Origin: Owenia fusiformis
Taxonomy: Eukaryota
Direction of reading: 5' to 3'
Assembly (NCBI GenBank): GCA_903813345.2
Contig: CAIIXF020000001.1
Coordinates: 34,038,001-34,102,000, forward strand
Length of the DNA: 64,000 bases
Below, one piece after another: positions 33,691 to 47,118 of the stretch. Positions within the stretch are counted from its first letter, which is position 1. Every line of letters starts with the position of its first letter. Both the position numbers and the translations under genes were made by a program. Below the pieces are notes generated by a model that saw only the letters and a program-made list of their open reading frames with translations, was not told the origin of the DNA and did not search any database.

Positions 33691-35779
33691 AGTTATCATT
33701 GATTTAATTAACGCTTAACTTAAATTCCAATTGCCAGCAGAATTGTTGATAATTAGTTGTAAATTAGTTGGTAATAAGTTGGTAATTAGTTTTATTTTTC
33801 AATTGGGTAGGGTTTACGTCTCGTTTTTTATATATCACTACGCCAACATAGGGACTCATTTTCAGGTAAAATCCCTGCTTCACCGATGAAAATTAACGAA
33901 TAAAGTAGTTCCAGTTTACGGGACTATGTTCCTGCGATTTTTTTCTTAAAATGACATATTTAGAAAGAACATGGCCTCAGCTTTACATACATACCTCAAA
34001 TGGCCACATTGCATACACTTAAACCTACTATACACACCATTGAAGTTGGCATGGCTTCGTTTTTAAAGTATTAAAAACAGTGCTATTTACCGGAGTGACA
34101 CCATAAGGTAGGTCCAGGGGGGGGGGGGAGATTTCCCAAAGATGCCCTATCATATTAGCACGTTCGAAAACAAATTTTATAAACAGGCCTCAATTTGCCG
34201 TTGAAATGGATCTCCAAATGTTCACTGTAGTTTTATGAGTATTCTCTACAAGTATGGATCGAGTAACTTCAATAGTAGAGAGGTTAAGCTACACGTATTT
34301 AACAAAACTTGAACGTGAACTTCAATGCGCGCGCAGATAAATGACGTCAGATTTGTTTATTTGCTGTGGGCCAGCGTGAAGTTTACAGGTTTTTACATGA
34401 GATTATCATATTCGTGCAATTTACAGACGCGTATTCAACAAAGCATGAACGTGTACTTCTATGCGCGCGCAGGAAAATGACGTCAGATTAGTCTACTTTC
34501 TTCAGGTAAGCGTGAACGTTACAGGTTTTACGTGTAGATGAGTGATTACACGTCGCTCATTACGTGATTGATTTTAGCTATATTCTAGGATGGCCCTGGA
34601 GCCCATATTTGACACAGACAATCTTGCTTGTTATATTGGTAAACCCCAATCCTTAATTGGAAATAAGAATACATTTTAATTGGTAAATGACAACTTGAAA
34701 CGTGATCGCTTGTTCATTCCGTACAATATAAATTGGCAAGACCAATTTGATGCCCGGGGCTTAGTACAATATTTATACTAAACGAAATGAAATGACAACC
34801 AGAGCAAGAAAGGATCTAATGTGCTATGACCTCCCCATGAACAAAAATAAATTTTCTTATTTTTCAAAATAAATATACTGCTTTTATTATTTCATTTATA
34901 TGTACACTCACTGGCATGTAGCGGCCCTGATATCGATAAATTCTACACGCAATATAACCCGATACTACATGCTTGGTTAAAACTTTACACGAAAAAGCTT
35001 CGATATCCGGGCATTTACTCTTACACTGAACTGAAAATAGCATCGTCTAAACGTGTATGTGTTGGCTTCCGGGTAAGTTTATCAACATTTATACTCAATT
35101 GAAAGAGCAGTCGTGCTTATATCGTGTACCAGTTTGATTTATTTATATGTGTGTGTATTTATAACACGATAACCTAGTAATACCGTGTCGTTAGAACAAC
35201 TGCTAGATATCGAACTGATGACCCGAAATTACATTATTGGACTGATCGCGCATCTGATATTAAATGATTACTTTGCATTGAAACTGATATTAACTTGCAA
35301 CCCAATACCATGACTTTACATTAGAATGATAACACGGCCTCATATTCTAATCCATTATACGTCCATTGCAGGCCAAAAATGTTTCAATGTGGATATTGTA
35401 ATGCACACGAGAATACATTCGATTCGTATATTGATCATACATCAATTGAACATGGAGATTTTCCTGTACACTTTTCCCAAACCTGTGGAATAGACAAGAT
35501 GCGAGTAGAAATTATCTTGATTTACGTCATCAAATATTCAAAATTCATTTTTTGAAAAAATTCGAAACCATCGAATATCACTTTTTAAGACGTGATATTC
35601 GATAGTTTAAAAGTGATATTCGATGGTTTGTAAATTGTTTACTAAAATATGATATCTTGGTCACATATCAAATATATCATCATGTGATATTCGATCTATA
35701 TCATTGCAACCATGGGATATAGAGGATATCCTATGATTTATGAGAGATATGATTTTTATCCACGAATGAATATGATATC

Positions 35780-36345
35780 TTAAGTATGTTTCCCACATGC
35801 TCTGGTGTGTTACTTGCAAAATATGTTATCATTTTCAAAAAAAATTCAAAATTTTTCCAAATTTGTTTTCAATTTTTTTAAAAATGAAAAAGAAAATTTC
35901 CAAAAATTTTTTTCACAATTTTTTTTCAAATTTTTTGTCCAAAATTTTTTTTCAAGATTTTTTTCACATTTTTTTGCATAATTTTTTTCCACAATTTTTT
36001 CAAATTTTTATTTTCAGATTTTTTTTCAAAAATGAAAAAAAAATTTGGATTTTTTTTTCACATTTTTTCCCCAATTTTTTTCCCACCTTTTTTTCACCTT
36101 TGTTTGGCATACTTTTTTTTCAGAATATTTTCAAAACTTTTTTTTCAAATTTTTTTCAAAACTTTTTTTTCAAAACTTTTTTTTCAAAATTTTTTTTTTC
36201 CGAATTTATTTTTAACATTTTTTGAGCGGGACATACGATTTATATGGAGCTCCGTCGGAGCGGGACATACGAAAAATATTTGCCGGATATGGAATATATT
36301 CCCGGTTGATATACCCCTGAAACCTCATCAGGTATGGAATACATA
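35780..36345 (+). repeat. Interspersed repeat with T/A low-complexity core (second copy ~43680-44012)
   Basis: Both loci share the flanks catgctctggtgtgtt..cttgcaaaatatgttatc and gagcgggacatacga...gaaacctcatcagg. Confidence 0.75.
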
Positions 36346-36531
36346 TAGGTTATTTACTGGGAGGGATTGAATATGGGTTTTATTCCGAGGGACAATATGA
36401 TATTGACTGAAGGGTAATATAATATTGACCGAGAGCGCAGCGACCGAGTGTCAATATCATATTGCCCAAGGTCAATATCATATTTTCCGAGGAATAAAAC
36501 CCATATTCAATCCTGACCAGAAATAACCTAT
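36346..36531. mobile_element. Palindromic MITE-like hairpin
   Basis: taggttattt..ggattgaatatgggttttattcc vs ggaataaaacccatattcaatcc..aaataaccta. Confidence 0.65.
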
Positions 36532-39500
36532 TTATTATACATCCCTCTAGAATGTTACATTTGGATAATGCAAACGTTATATTAATAAATTCACATTGTT
36601 TGAAAAATAAAATAAATAAATAAAATAACCGGGAAACTAAAAAATAGGTCAATACGCTCCAATACGATTTTTTCCCGGGGACAATACGATTTTTTCATGT
36701 AATACGATTCAATACGATTTTAATTCCTTCATATTTCCCTGGGAAAACAGTAGTACTATGGAATAAAATATATTTTCCCTCGGGACCTGCGGCCCTCGGA
36801 CAGATATATTATATTTGCCTCGGGGTAATCCCAATATCCTGAACCTCATATAGGATAATCTCTATATCTACCTGATGGACCATAGGGACCGAAGGTAGAC
36901 GTGCATATCTCACGAGGGATAAACCCCATATCCAAACCGACCGCACATATCTGCTTTATCATATACCAAGTAGTTTTCTAAAAAATTAATCTTATTTCTT
37001 TTTTTGAATTTTTTAAATTTTTTATTTTTATTCTCTACTCTACTTGTCAAAGGATAATAGACGATAAATATATATATATATAGTTTAGCATGATATGTAC
37101 TTCTTTCTGTAACTGGAATACGATTCTAATATACAAGCAACACATACGTATTCCCGGGGAACCATAAATATTTTGTGTAGGGTGTGGACATTTTTCTTTT
37201 CATTTCTCTAAAATCAGATTATTTTCATAAAATCCATACAAAGTTGGGCCCAAGCCTCTATTTTCGTATTCTGCATGTTAAGATATTTATAATGTAAAAC
37301 CTAAGAGATAAATTCAATGTCTTCAGTTGAGAATAAGTATAGGTAAATGTGTGAATTCTGCTTGTTGTTGCACTATTTTTATAATAAACAAGGTTCGATA
37401 CGCAACACTGAATAGACTGCAGTTATAGCTTAGTTGTAAAGAAAACAAAAGAAGTTGGGACGTGGTCATACTTGATTATGTTTCTTTTATATATCACCGT
37501 TTGCATTCGTTGAAATCGGCCTGCATTGATTTCAAGAGGTGGTCGGTGTACAAGGTCATATGTTTGAGTTATTGGTTTAATGATAAATGTGACCCTTGAA
37601 TGCGTTAGGCTTTATGTATGCGTGAAACAAATACTCCAATGGCCTAATCTCAATTTGCCTACAAACAATATAACATTGAAATGATGGTCATCTGCATATT
37701 AACTTCCGCACCACACGTCTAACTTCGACACAATTCAGTAAAGTATCCAGTATCGCTTAAATCGCTACATGCCAGTGTACACTAGTATTCAGCACTGTAT
37801 TGATGAATGGGCCACTTATTAAGGCCAATATTCAATCATAAAGTGTACAGGGTTGAGATGCCAAACCATGAAGCCTTTTTGTGTCTGCCAAAATCCATTT
37901 GCATCCTACACATCCCTAGATCTTATCAAAATATGTTATTTATTAATGAAACATAACAGTATAATCTTTGTATTTACAAAGTTGTATGGGATTTCGTAAG
38001 TGTAAAAGTTGCTTTTGAAGCATTTTTCTATGACCATTTTGTAGGAAAAAATGATGAAAAATGATGAAAAAATGTATTATCTTTTAATTTGAAGTTTGAC
38101 CTGAATCGATTGCAAACTTTATATTTGCACATCTGATGTGATATACCATTTGTGTCATATTGTGAAATTATCTAATTTGCAATCAATTCAGGTCATAGTG
38201 TGTTTTGGGAAAATCAATAGAAACCAATGGCCTCCATCGGAATCTGATGGTATCCACATGTTAAGTCAATAGAATACATCCAATGTCAAGTCAATATACC
38301 CTTGCAGAACTTAATGACCTCAACCTCAGCCAATGTGGGTCTAAACGCTTAAATATTTTTCATTATGTGACATTGTATTCTTTATGATATACAGTTAAAA
38401 ATGATTCATTTTGTTCATGGGGAAATCATAATGGAAAGTGCACTGGACCCTTCAATTGTGGTTGAATATGAAATAAATAAAAAATAAAAAGCAAAATGTT
38501 GCGACAAGATTCAGCCCAGGCCTAACGGACATACGTAGAGTGCTAGATTGCCGAAGTGCTATCCATTACACCATAGAGACATGACCTTTAGACACAATCG
38601 CCACATAAATATAGCTCCACGTCCACTGACATGGTTTCAGACGTGTAGCTTAACTGAAAATTTTCTTTAACGTGTACTTGAGCGTGGACTTACGCGTTCA
38701 GGTTCACGGTTTGCATTTATACGTGTAGCTTAACCTCTCTAATGTTGAACTGATGTTAACGCCATTCCCACGATTTCAAATTTAACTCTGCGCATGCGCA
38801 GCACTTAGAGAGCACGTGCTCATGATGGTTCACGTGATCGAATCCTGCAATTTGATTGGAGATGATGCAAGAGATGATATAATGGGGAATCCCCGAATAC
38901 GATAGAATATGAAAGAATTATGGGAGCTACTCACTCCTCCTGAGGTAGGTCCTAATTTATCTGAAAACACAAAATAAGTTGTGACGTCATAACAATCGGG
39001 CTTTGTTGCTATGCGTAGTCATGTATTTTCCACAACATTGTTATTACGTCATTACAATCGAAATATGAAGTTCCATTAATTTGAATATCTAAGGATATAG
39101 TCCTGAGTAAGGACATTAGCGGTTACCGTTAGTGATTTGGTTTTCTGAATAAAAAGTCATTTTCTCCTTCCCTACCCCATTGGAGCGCCATCTGGCGTTT
39201 GGTAAGTGAATCGGGACTAAGTATTTATAAGGAAGGTCCTAATTTATCTGAAAACATGTCAAAGTTCAGTGGGAAATCTCATTTTAAGCTGGCGGCGGAG
39301 TGATTTTGACCTTGGTGATTTTACCTGAATTCTCTGAGAAATCTGACGATAGAAGGGGTTAGTGTCTTCAAGTTTATTTATTTCAAAAATTCGGTGGACA
39401 ACCCATGGTAAGATTGTTATAGCAGGCTAGGCGAGTCTCTTCCGAACATTTTGGTATGTTGCACTAGGCTTGGATACTAATCGTTAATAAGATACAGGGT

Positions 39501-39708
39501 AAAATGTTATAACGGCCACCTATGGGAAACTCTACTGGAGTCTCCAACCTAATAGACGAGTAAGGATTTGCCAAAAATTAGCACATGTGCCAAGGGGAAA
39601 GGACCAAAAGTTGTAATGGAACTTAGCAAGAAGCAAGCTATTTTCACTCAGTTTCATTATAAAAAGGTGACAATAGGGCATAATTTAGAGAGTTATATGA
39701 GAAAAACT

Positions 39709-39851
39709 TTCTTGTACTCGTACCTGTGCAATATTGCCCATTCTTGACTCGCTTTGATAGTGTTTTTTTTATCTCGTCTTCGACTCGATAAAGAAGAATT
39801 ATCAAAGCTCATCAAGAATGGACGATCTTGCACAGGTGCTCATACAAGAAC
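39709..39851. repeat. Imperfect ~140-bp palindrome (MITE-like)
   Basis: ttcttgta..acctgtgcaa..ccattcttga..gctttgata vs tatcaaagc..tcaagaatgg..ttgcacaggt..tacaagaa. Confidence 0.6.
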
Positions 39852-41849
39852 CTCTATATCTGACTTTACCATTAGATCAGGCTATTCCAGTGTGGAATTG
39901 GTATGTCGAAAATAGAATGACATCTTGGATTTTGGCTTAATTGATACTGAGATATTCCAAGATGAAATAGGTCGTGAAGTGAGTTTTTGGATGAAAGTGT
40001 GTTTCTTTGCAAAAAAATTCAAATAAATAAAAAATATTTTTGAAAATTTACTATATGAAATACAGTCTAGTTGACTGATCAAAAGAGTAGAAATACACAA
40101 TGTTTAATCAACTTGGGGATATTGGGAGCTTAATAGTTTTTTTCATATCATTTTAGCTTTCAGCAGTAATTTATAGTTTTATGCTTACTGTTTGTTACAA
40201 TTTTAATCAAATCTGTCCTTGTACATGTCACACTACCCTACCTCGATCACGCATGCGCGAATTTTTTGGCTTTCAATCAGGTCGCTTTTGAGTATATCGA
40301 CTGCTTACTCAAAAGGTTAATACGTTTGGTGCTCGGAGTGAGTCAATATTGCTATTCGCTACACTTCAGTGGTGCAATAGTGAAGTCGATGTTCCAAGTT
40401 ATGTGATAGTTATACAAAGAATGAAAATAATATCGTTTTAAATTTTAAAATATTTGATATGTCATAGTACACGGTACACAGTTGCAAAAGTTGATCAATA
40501 CAGGGTACAAGGAATGTAAATTGTTCAATAGTACAGGGAGCGAGAAAGTAAGCTGATTATACAGACATACTATGTCCCGACCTCATGTACATTTACGTTG
40601 CAAACAGTGAAAGTAATGCTAAAAAGGCCGCCTGTTGATGCTTTGGGGTGTCATCAATTGTTATTTAATCCAAATAAAGTAAACATTATTTTGTAGATTT
40701 AGACACGTGCTTTCAGGTCGTATGCATTTTAGTCATAAGATTAACAAGAACGCTAGATTATACGTGTTACTAGGGTATCAAATTGAAATAAAATAACGAA
40801 ATTAAATATTAAGACGTTAATGATAAATGACTATCCGCTATCAGTATTAATGACTATCCGCTACTCAGAATAATTAAAATTGCCTAAACTACATGTGAAG
40901 AATCTTTCTATTTAACCCTTTGAATGGTATAATTCACTACCGTCCTCAAAAACCGATCATTTAAAATGTTTTGTTCAAATTCACAAAAATACAGTTGAAT
41001 AGCATACTGGAAAACGTATCCACCTATAACACGATGACACGCAGGTTAAATAATAGTTAACTGGTTTTTGTTACATATCAATGTAACATTTTCGAAGGGA
41101 AACTTACATGCTCCCTGTACGTTGACAGATTTACTGAAATGTATCGTGTATTGCATTTGGGTTTTGCTTCACTGCGCCCACTATTATCTATCTTTGCCTA
41201 TAGTGTTTTTTTGCCAACAATATTCTACATACTGCTTGATGAATCAATTCTATGTCTGGTAGAACACTAGAAATAAATGTAAAATGTATTTTACGTTCAG
41301 AAATATGGAATTAAACCCACATCCTCCATTTGCAACTTAGCTGTACCCTGTTTCCATTTTAAACGTGGTCACGTGGTAGGGTAGGGTGCATGTGTAACAT
41401 GGTCATTTTTACATTTTTATATTTCTACTATTCATGGTGATCAATCCCCATTCAGGTCATTTTAACAGGTCCCTTTGCTTACTTTTGCATCAGTGTGTTA
41501 GGTTTTAATCCCGTTGTTTATGTTCTTTTGTATGTACTTTGTATGTTCACTTTCACTTACTTTTCTTTTGTTTAAACCTGTTTTGTATGTTGTGTCATGC
41601 TGTGTTTGTTTTATGTTATGTTTTATGTTCCATATTTGGTATTATTCACTCATATCTGAGTTGGGGTGTTGCCCCAGTATTTGTCAATAGTTGCCTAGAG
41701 GTATATGATAGAGTGTGTACAGGACACTGTGTTTTGAAGTTGGAAATATATATTTTTTGAGACATTTTACTTAAATCTTACGTTTTATTATTTGCCACCC
41801 ACGGCCTTCCATCGCCCATTTACACATGTCTCCTTCAACTTAAGGTTTA

Positions 41850-43400
41850 GGAAATGTATAGTGGAAAACCAATGGTCATATTAGAGCTTTCAGATCTCCC
41901 CTATCCCATTTATCATGAAAAATTAAAGAAAAATATGAAAATATAAAATAACTTGAAATTATAACTTTAACAAAGTTGTAGCTATTCTATATCAATTTTA
42001 TGTGTTATTTAATGTTTTTAAGATATTTCAGAACCTTTATTGGTAAACTAGTTCCTAGAAATGAGACATTTAAGGACAAAACTTGGCATTTTTTACCATT
42101 TTCGCTTTCAGCAATAACGTATAAGTCCTTATATCTTGAGTTTTATACTGACTGGTTGGTGCATTCTTGGTCAAATTTGTTCTTGTAGATGTCCTCTTTC
42201 ATTTAAGATATAAAGAATGTATAGTGGATGACCAATGTTCATGGTAGAGCTTTCAGATCTCCCATACCCCATTTATTAGGAAAAATGACCGGGAAATATT
42301 AAAAAGTAAATATATAAGCACTAGTGCCAAAGGGAAAGGACCAAAAGTTGTAATGGAACTTAGCAAGAAAAAGCAAACTCTAAGTGCATACCAGTCAAGA
42401 AAAACAAACCACATATAGCCCAAAACCATGATCTAGCGTGAAAAGAAACAATGTCTAATACCCCCTTTCCCCCCACCATTCAAGAATCAATATCACAATC
42501 CAAGACCAGAAGACCAAGGGACATTTCATTCATACTGAAGTCATTACAATACATGTTGAAGAAAAAATTAGAAATTGATAGCCAATTGATAGCCAATACT
42601 CATAACCTCAAAAATTGTTGTAGATACAAGTACTCATACAAGATAGAGCATTCAGTCTCAAATGGTGTGGGATAGATAAAATCCAGTCTCCAAGTCCATA
42701 GGCGTTTCAAAGGGTCAACATAACATAAGGGTCAAAATAACTTCAAATTATGAACTTTTACAAAGTTGTACCTATTCTATGTCAATACTACTCGTATGTA
42801 TTATTTAATATTTTTCTGATGTTTCAGGACCTTTTAATATTCTAATGCTTAGAAATGAGACATTTAAGGACAAAACTTGGCATTCTTTTTTTCAGCTTTT
42901 TTCAGCAATAACGTATAGGTCCCTATATCTTGAGTTTTATGCTGACTGGTTGGTGCATTCTTGGTCATATCTATTATTTTACATGTCTTCTTCCATTTAG
43001 GATATAAAAATGTATATTGGACAACCAATGTTCACATTAGAGCTTTCATATCTCCCCTGTCCCATTTATAATGTAAATGAAAAAGTAATTTCAAATCATA
43101 AACAAAGTTGTAGCTATTCTCTATCAATACTATGTATTATTTAAAAGTTTATGGAAAAAATTTGGCATTTTTACATTCTGCTTTTAGCACTATCATATAA
43201 TTTTCCACAATTATAATTCTTTGATGATAGATTGTTATATGTTTTTTATTGAATCTGTCTTCTTTGATTTAAGTTATAGAAAATGTATGTAAGACAACGA
43301 ATGTTTTTATTAGAGGTCTAATATCTCCCCTCCACCATTTAATAAGAAATCCAACAAAAATAGAATTAAGAAAATTATCTAAGTTGTTATTATTATTGCA
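41850..43400. repeat. Degenerate ~300-360 bp tandem repeat
   Basis: aatgtatagtgga..accaatg.tca..ttagagctttcagatctccc recurs near 41853, 42216, 43009 and 43282. Confidence 0.7.
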
Positions 43401-44279
43401 TGTTAATATTCTTAAGCTTTTCAAAAGGCACATTTATAAGCACACGAAAAATCAAAAAATGACACATGAATGGGCAAAATGACAAATTTTTCACTTTCAG
43501 CAATAGTTCTTTATATTTTTAGTTGAATGGTAATTAGTTGATATATTTTAGATCATATATATAGGGGTTATGCACTGGAAGATATATTGTATATCCCAAG
43601 GGATATTTCCAGTATCCTAACCGACCGTGCATAACTGTTGTATTCCATACCTGATGAGGTTTGAAATAATAAGCATGTATCCCATATGCTCTGGTGTGTT
43701 TACTTGCAAAATATGTTATCACTTTCAAAAAAATTCAAATTTTTTCCAAATTTGTTTTCAATCAAAAAAAATTTTTTCAGATTTTTAGTACAATTTTTTT
43801 CAGAATTTTTTTCAAAATTTTTTTTACATAATTTTTTCAGATTTTTATTTTCATTTTTTTCCCGAATTTATTTTAAAAAAATTTTTTTGAGCGGGACATA
43901 CGATTTATATGTCCCGGGGCTCCGTTGGAGCGGGACATACGAAAAATGTTTGCCCGGATATGGAATATATTCCCGGTTGATATGTCCCTGAAACCTCATC
44001 AGGCATGGAATACATTCAATTATGTGTCTTTTTATCTTCAAAGCATAGACAATGTGTTTTAAACACAAATGTACATATTAGAGATAAAATTACTATGGTG
44101 TAAATTCTGTGTCAAAAGTTTACAGACATAATTTCGCAATTTAGGTGCACGAAAATGTACGATTTCGTGTGCTCTTCATTCCAGACGCTCTAAAAGCGAA
44201 CGCTCTCCATTCCTGACGCTAATGTTCTATTCCAGACGCTATTTACCTATTCCCGACGCTATCTATTCTGGACTGATTC

Positions 44280-45830
44280 TGGGGGTGATGACTTAGAAAA
44301 TGTCTTGAGACATCACCAGCTATGTACACGCATTGTTCATGCAGTCTGTGAACAAGTGGTGAGAGGTCTCTGTGTGGGGACCTGGGAGACATAATCTAAT
44401 CGCCTAAGTTTCCCTAAACTATTGCATGTCTAATATGTGACAAGAATAGTGAATGTCAGTAAATATGGCGTAAGATATTGTTCGTATCTTACCCTAGAAA
44501 ATATATTGTTTTGTTTTTTGTTATTTTTGTGAGGGCGGCCGGACATCCCGGTCCTGTAGTGGACCATCTCTCTTATATGTGTGTCATAATAAGAGCACAA
44601 GATGTTTCGAACTCATGGGTGGTAGTCCATGATGTGTTCTTCATCAGCGGCTTGGGGAATGGGGAGGGGGAAGGGGGAATATTAGTGTATACACGGGTGT
44701 GTGTTCCGAAGTACGGGCAATGGTTTGCAGGTTTGAATTGTAAAAGTTTGGTGTGTTTTGGTTGGCACTAGTGGTGGAAGTGTTGTTTGGTTTTAAAGTT
44801 TGTAATACAAAGGTTTGCTTTATTAGTTTTAGGAGGGTTAATATAGGTTCGGGTATACATGTTTGGTGGTTTCCATACACATTCATACTTTTTTAATTCA
44901 TAAATGTTAAATTGCTCTTTTGGTTGAGTTTGGTGGCCCTGAGAAGGGGCGTGGTTGTATTTTTTAAAGTAGTTTTATTCTACTGTCTCTTTCCACGGGG
45001 TTTTGTGCTTGGTTCCCTTCTTTTTGGTTTGGAAGCCTCACGTCTGTACTGTTCTGCCAATTTGTCTGCTTCCACATGGCCGATGGTTTTGGCTAGTGTT
45101 TGGATGGTTTCTATGGTTTGTTGTCTGTGGTAATCTAGTCTGTTCTGACTATGGAGTGTAGTGGCCTCTGTAAGCTGGCCGCTACAATGATGTAAGATTA
45201 CGTCAAACGCCTTTGCAATGTCGGAGGTTTCTTTCTCAGGGGCGCCACATCTAATGTTTGGTATGAGGCCTCTTGGGATGCCTCCCGGGTAGTTGTTTAG
45301 ACCTTTAAGGACGCCATCATGTCTGGCTTCCCAGTGTATTGATGTTCTTAAACGAGTGAGTAGAGCTGGGTCTGCTTGGCGTGTGGAGTTGGGGTGGTTC
45401 CCGATGTTTGTAGGTTGGCCTAGACCCATCGCGTCTATGATGTTTAGAGTGGGTTTGCGTGGTATAGTGTATGAAGGGTTGTTTTTTGTGAAGGTAGAGG
45501 CCGACTTGATATGGTATTTGCCTTTAGGGCTGCTAGTTGTTGCCTGTTTTGAGGCTTGTTTGTTGAAGACAGCGCTGTTTGCTGGTACTTCTCGGGAATG
45601 GTGTCCCTGCTATCATTCATCTCCATGGAGTTATGGGAGTTTTCCACTGCAGATAGACGCCTGGGTGTCGTTAGCGTTGGCAATCATTTGGCCTATTGAT
45701 AGGTCTTTGGCAGAGCTCATGTTGAGGTTTAGGTTGTTGTTGTTGTGTTATCAGTGTGGTACTGTAATATGATCTTTCGTCCTCGTGTCTTATATTTAAA
45801 TGGAAGGTGCAACAAACTTCCGGTTTATTG
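44280..45830 (-). mobile_element. Probable Penelope-like retroelement 5' fragment
   Basis: ORF 45429-44980 contains GIPRGLIPNI...FDVILHHCSGQL, resembling the IP.GL/IL..CS..L pattern I recall from Penelope N-terminal regions. The coding strand is AC-rich. No RT or GIY-YIG domain seen. Confidence 0.4.
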
Positions 45831-45855
45831 CTGTTATTAGTGAAAAGTCGATAAT

Positions 45856-46849
45856 AGAGAGGTTAAGCTACACGTATAAATGCAAACCGTGAACCTGAAC
45901 GCGTAAGTCCACGCTCAAGTACACGTTAAAGAAAATTTTCAGTTAAGCTACACGTCTGAAACCATGTCAGTGGACGTGGAGCTATATTTATGTGGCGACT
46001 GTGTCTAAAGGTCATGTCTCTATGGTGTAATGGATAGCACTTCGGCAATCTAGCACTCTACGTATGTCCGTTAGGCCTGGGTTCGAATCTTGTCGCAACA
46101 TTTTGCTTTTTATTTTTTATTTATTTCATATTCAACCACAATTGAAGGGTCCAGTGCACTTTCCATTATGATTTCCCCATGAACAAAATGAATCATTTTT
46201 AACTGTATATCATAAAGAATACAATGTCACATAATGAAAAATATTTAAGCGTTTAGACCCACATTGGCTGAGGTTGAGGTCATTAAGTTCTGCAAGGGTA
46301 TATTGACTTGACATTGGATGTATTCTATTGACTTAACATGTGGATACAATCAGATTCCGATGGAGGCCATTGGTTTCTATTGATTTTCCCAAAACACACT
46401 ATGACCTGAATTGATTGCAAATTAGATAATTTCACAATATGACACAAATGGTATATCAATCAGATGTGCAAATATAAAGTTTGCAATCGATTCAGGTCAA
46501 ACTTCAAATTAAAAGATAATACATTTTTTCATCATTTTTCATCATTTTTTCCTACAAAATGGTCATAGAAAAATGCTTCAAAAGCAACTTTTACACTTAC
46601 GAAATCCCATACAACTTTGTAAATACAAAGATTATACTGTTATGTTTCATTAATAAATAACATATTTTGATAAGATCTAGGGATGTGTAGGATGCAAATG
46701 GATTTTGGCAGACACAAAAAGGCTTCATGGTTTGGCATCTCAACCCTGTACACTTTATGATTGAATATTGGCCTTAATAAGTGGCCCATTCATCAATACA
46801 GTGCTGAATACTAGTGTACATATAAATGAAATAATAAAAGCAGTATATT
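45856..46849 (-). mobile_element. Second, truncated and inverted copy of the AGAGAGG TIR element
   Basis: Near-identical reverse complement of 37778-38740, continuing directly into the reverse complement of 34872-34908. Confidence 0.9.
46016..46100 (+). other. tRNA-like Pol III promoter module inside the TIR element (inverted copy ~38497-38581)
   Basis: A-box TGGTGTAATGG and B-box GGTTCGAATC, followed by a T-rich run; no proper cloverleaf. Confidence 0.5.
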
Positions 46850-46899
46850 CAACGTAAAATTCAACTTATAACGTATACTTATACTTATAAGAAGACGTA

Positions 46900-47118
46900 C
46901 AAGGTGTTTCATAATGTGGGTATTTCGTCAGGAAAGATCTTCTCGGACTCTAATAAATAAAGGTAAAAGGGATGCCTTTTGTACTTTCTTGAATTGTAGC
47001 ATGTTTATTGATCCGAATGTGTTTGTCTAGAATAAAATAGGCTCATATATAGTACATACATATAGACCCATCTCTTCTCAAATTGACTTTTTGGAGATGC
47101 TCGTTATGAAACACCCTG
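46900..47118. mobile_element. Mariner-type MITE with TA TSD
   Basis: TA|CAAGGTGTTTCATAA ... TTATGAAACACCCTG|TA. Confidence 0.75.

Larger units (their letters stand above)
34909..37777. mobile_element. Nested CAC...GTG TIR element with apparent 6-bp TSD TACACT
   Basis: TACACT|CACTGGCATGTAGCG ... CGCTACATGCCAGTG|TACACT. The empty site is preserved in the sister copy at ~46811-46830. Confidence 0.8.
34277..38740. mobile_element. Non-autonomous TIR element (AGAGAGGTTAAGCTACACGTA ends; PIF/Harbinger-like) containing nested insertions
   Basis: AGAGAGGTTAAGCTACACGTAT at 34277 is inverted to ATACGTGTAGCTTAACCTCTCT ending at 38740. Flanks AGT and AAT. A second copy starts at 45856. Confidence 0.8.

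Noticed and set aside
35797..36370. Phe-rich ORFs (also 43686-43991)
   Set aside because: Translation of T-rich low-complexity repeat.
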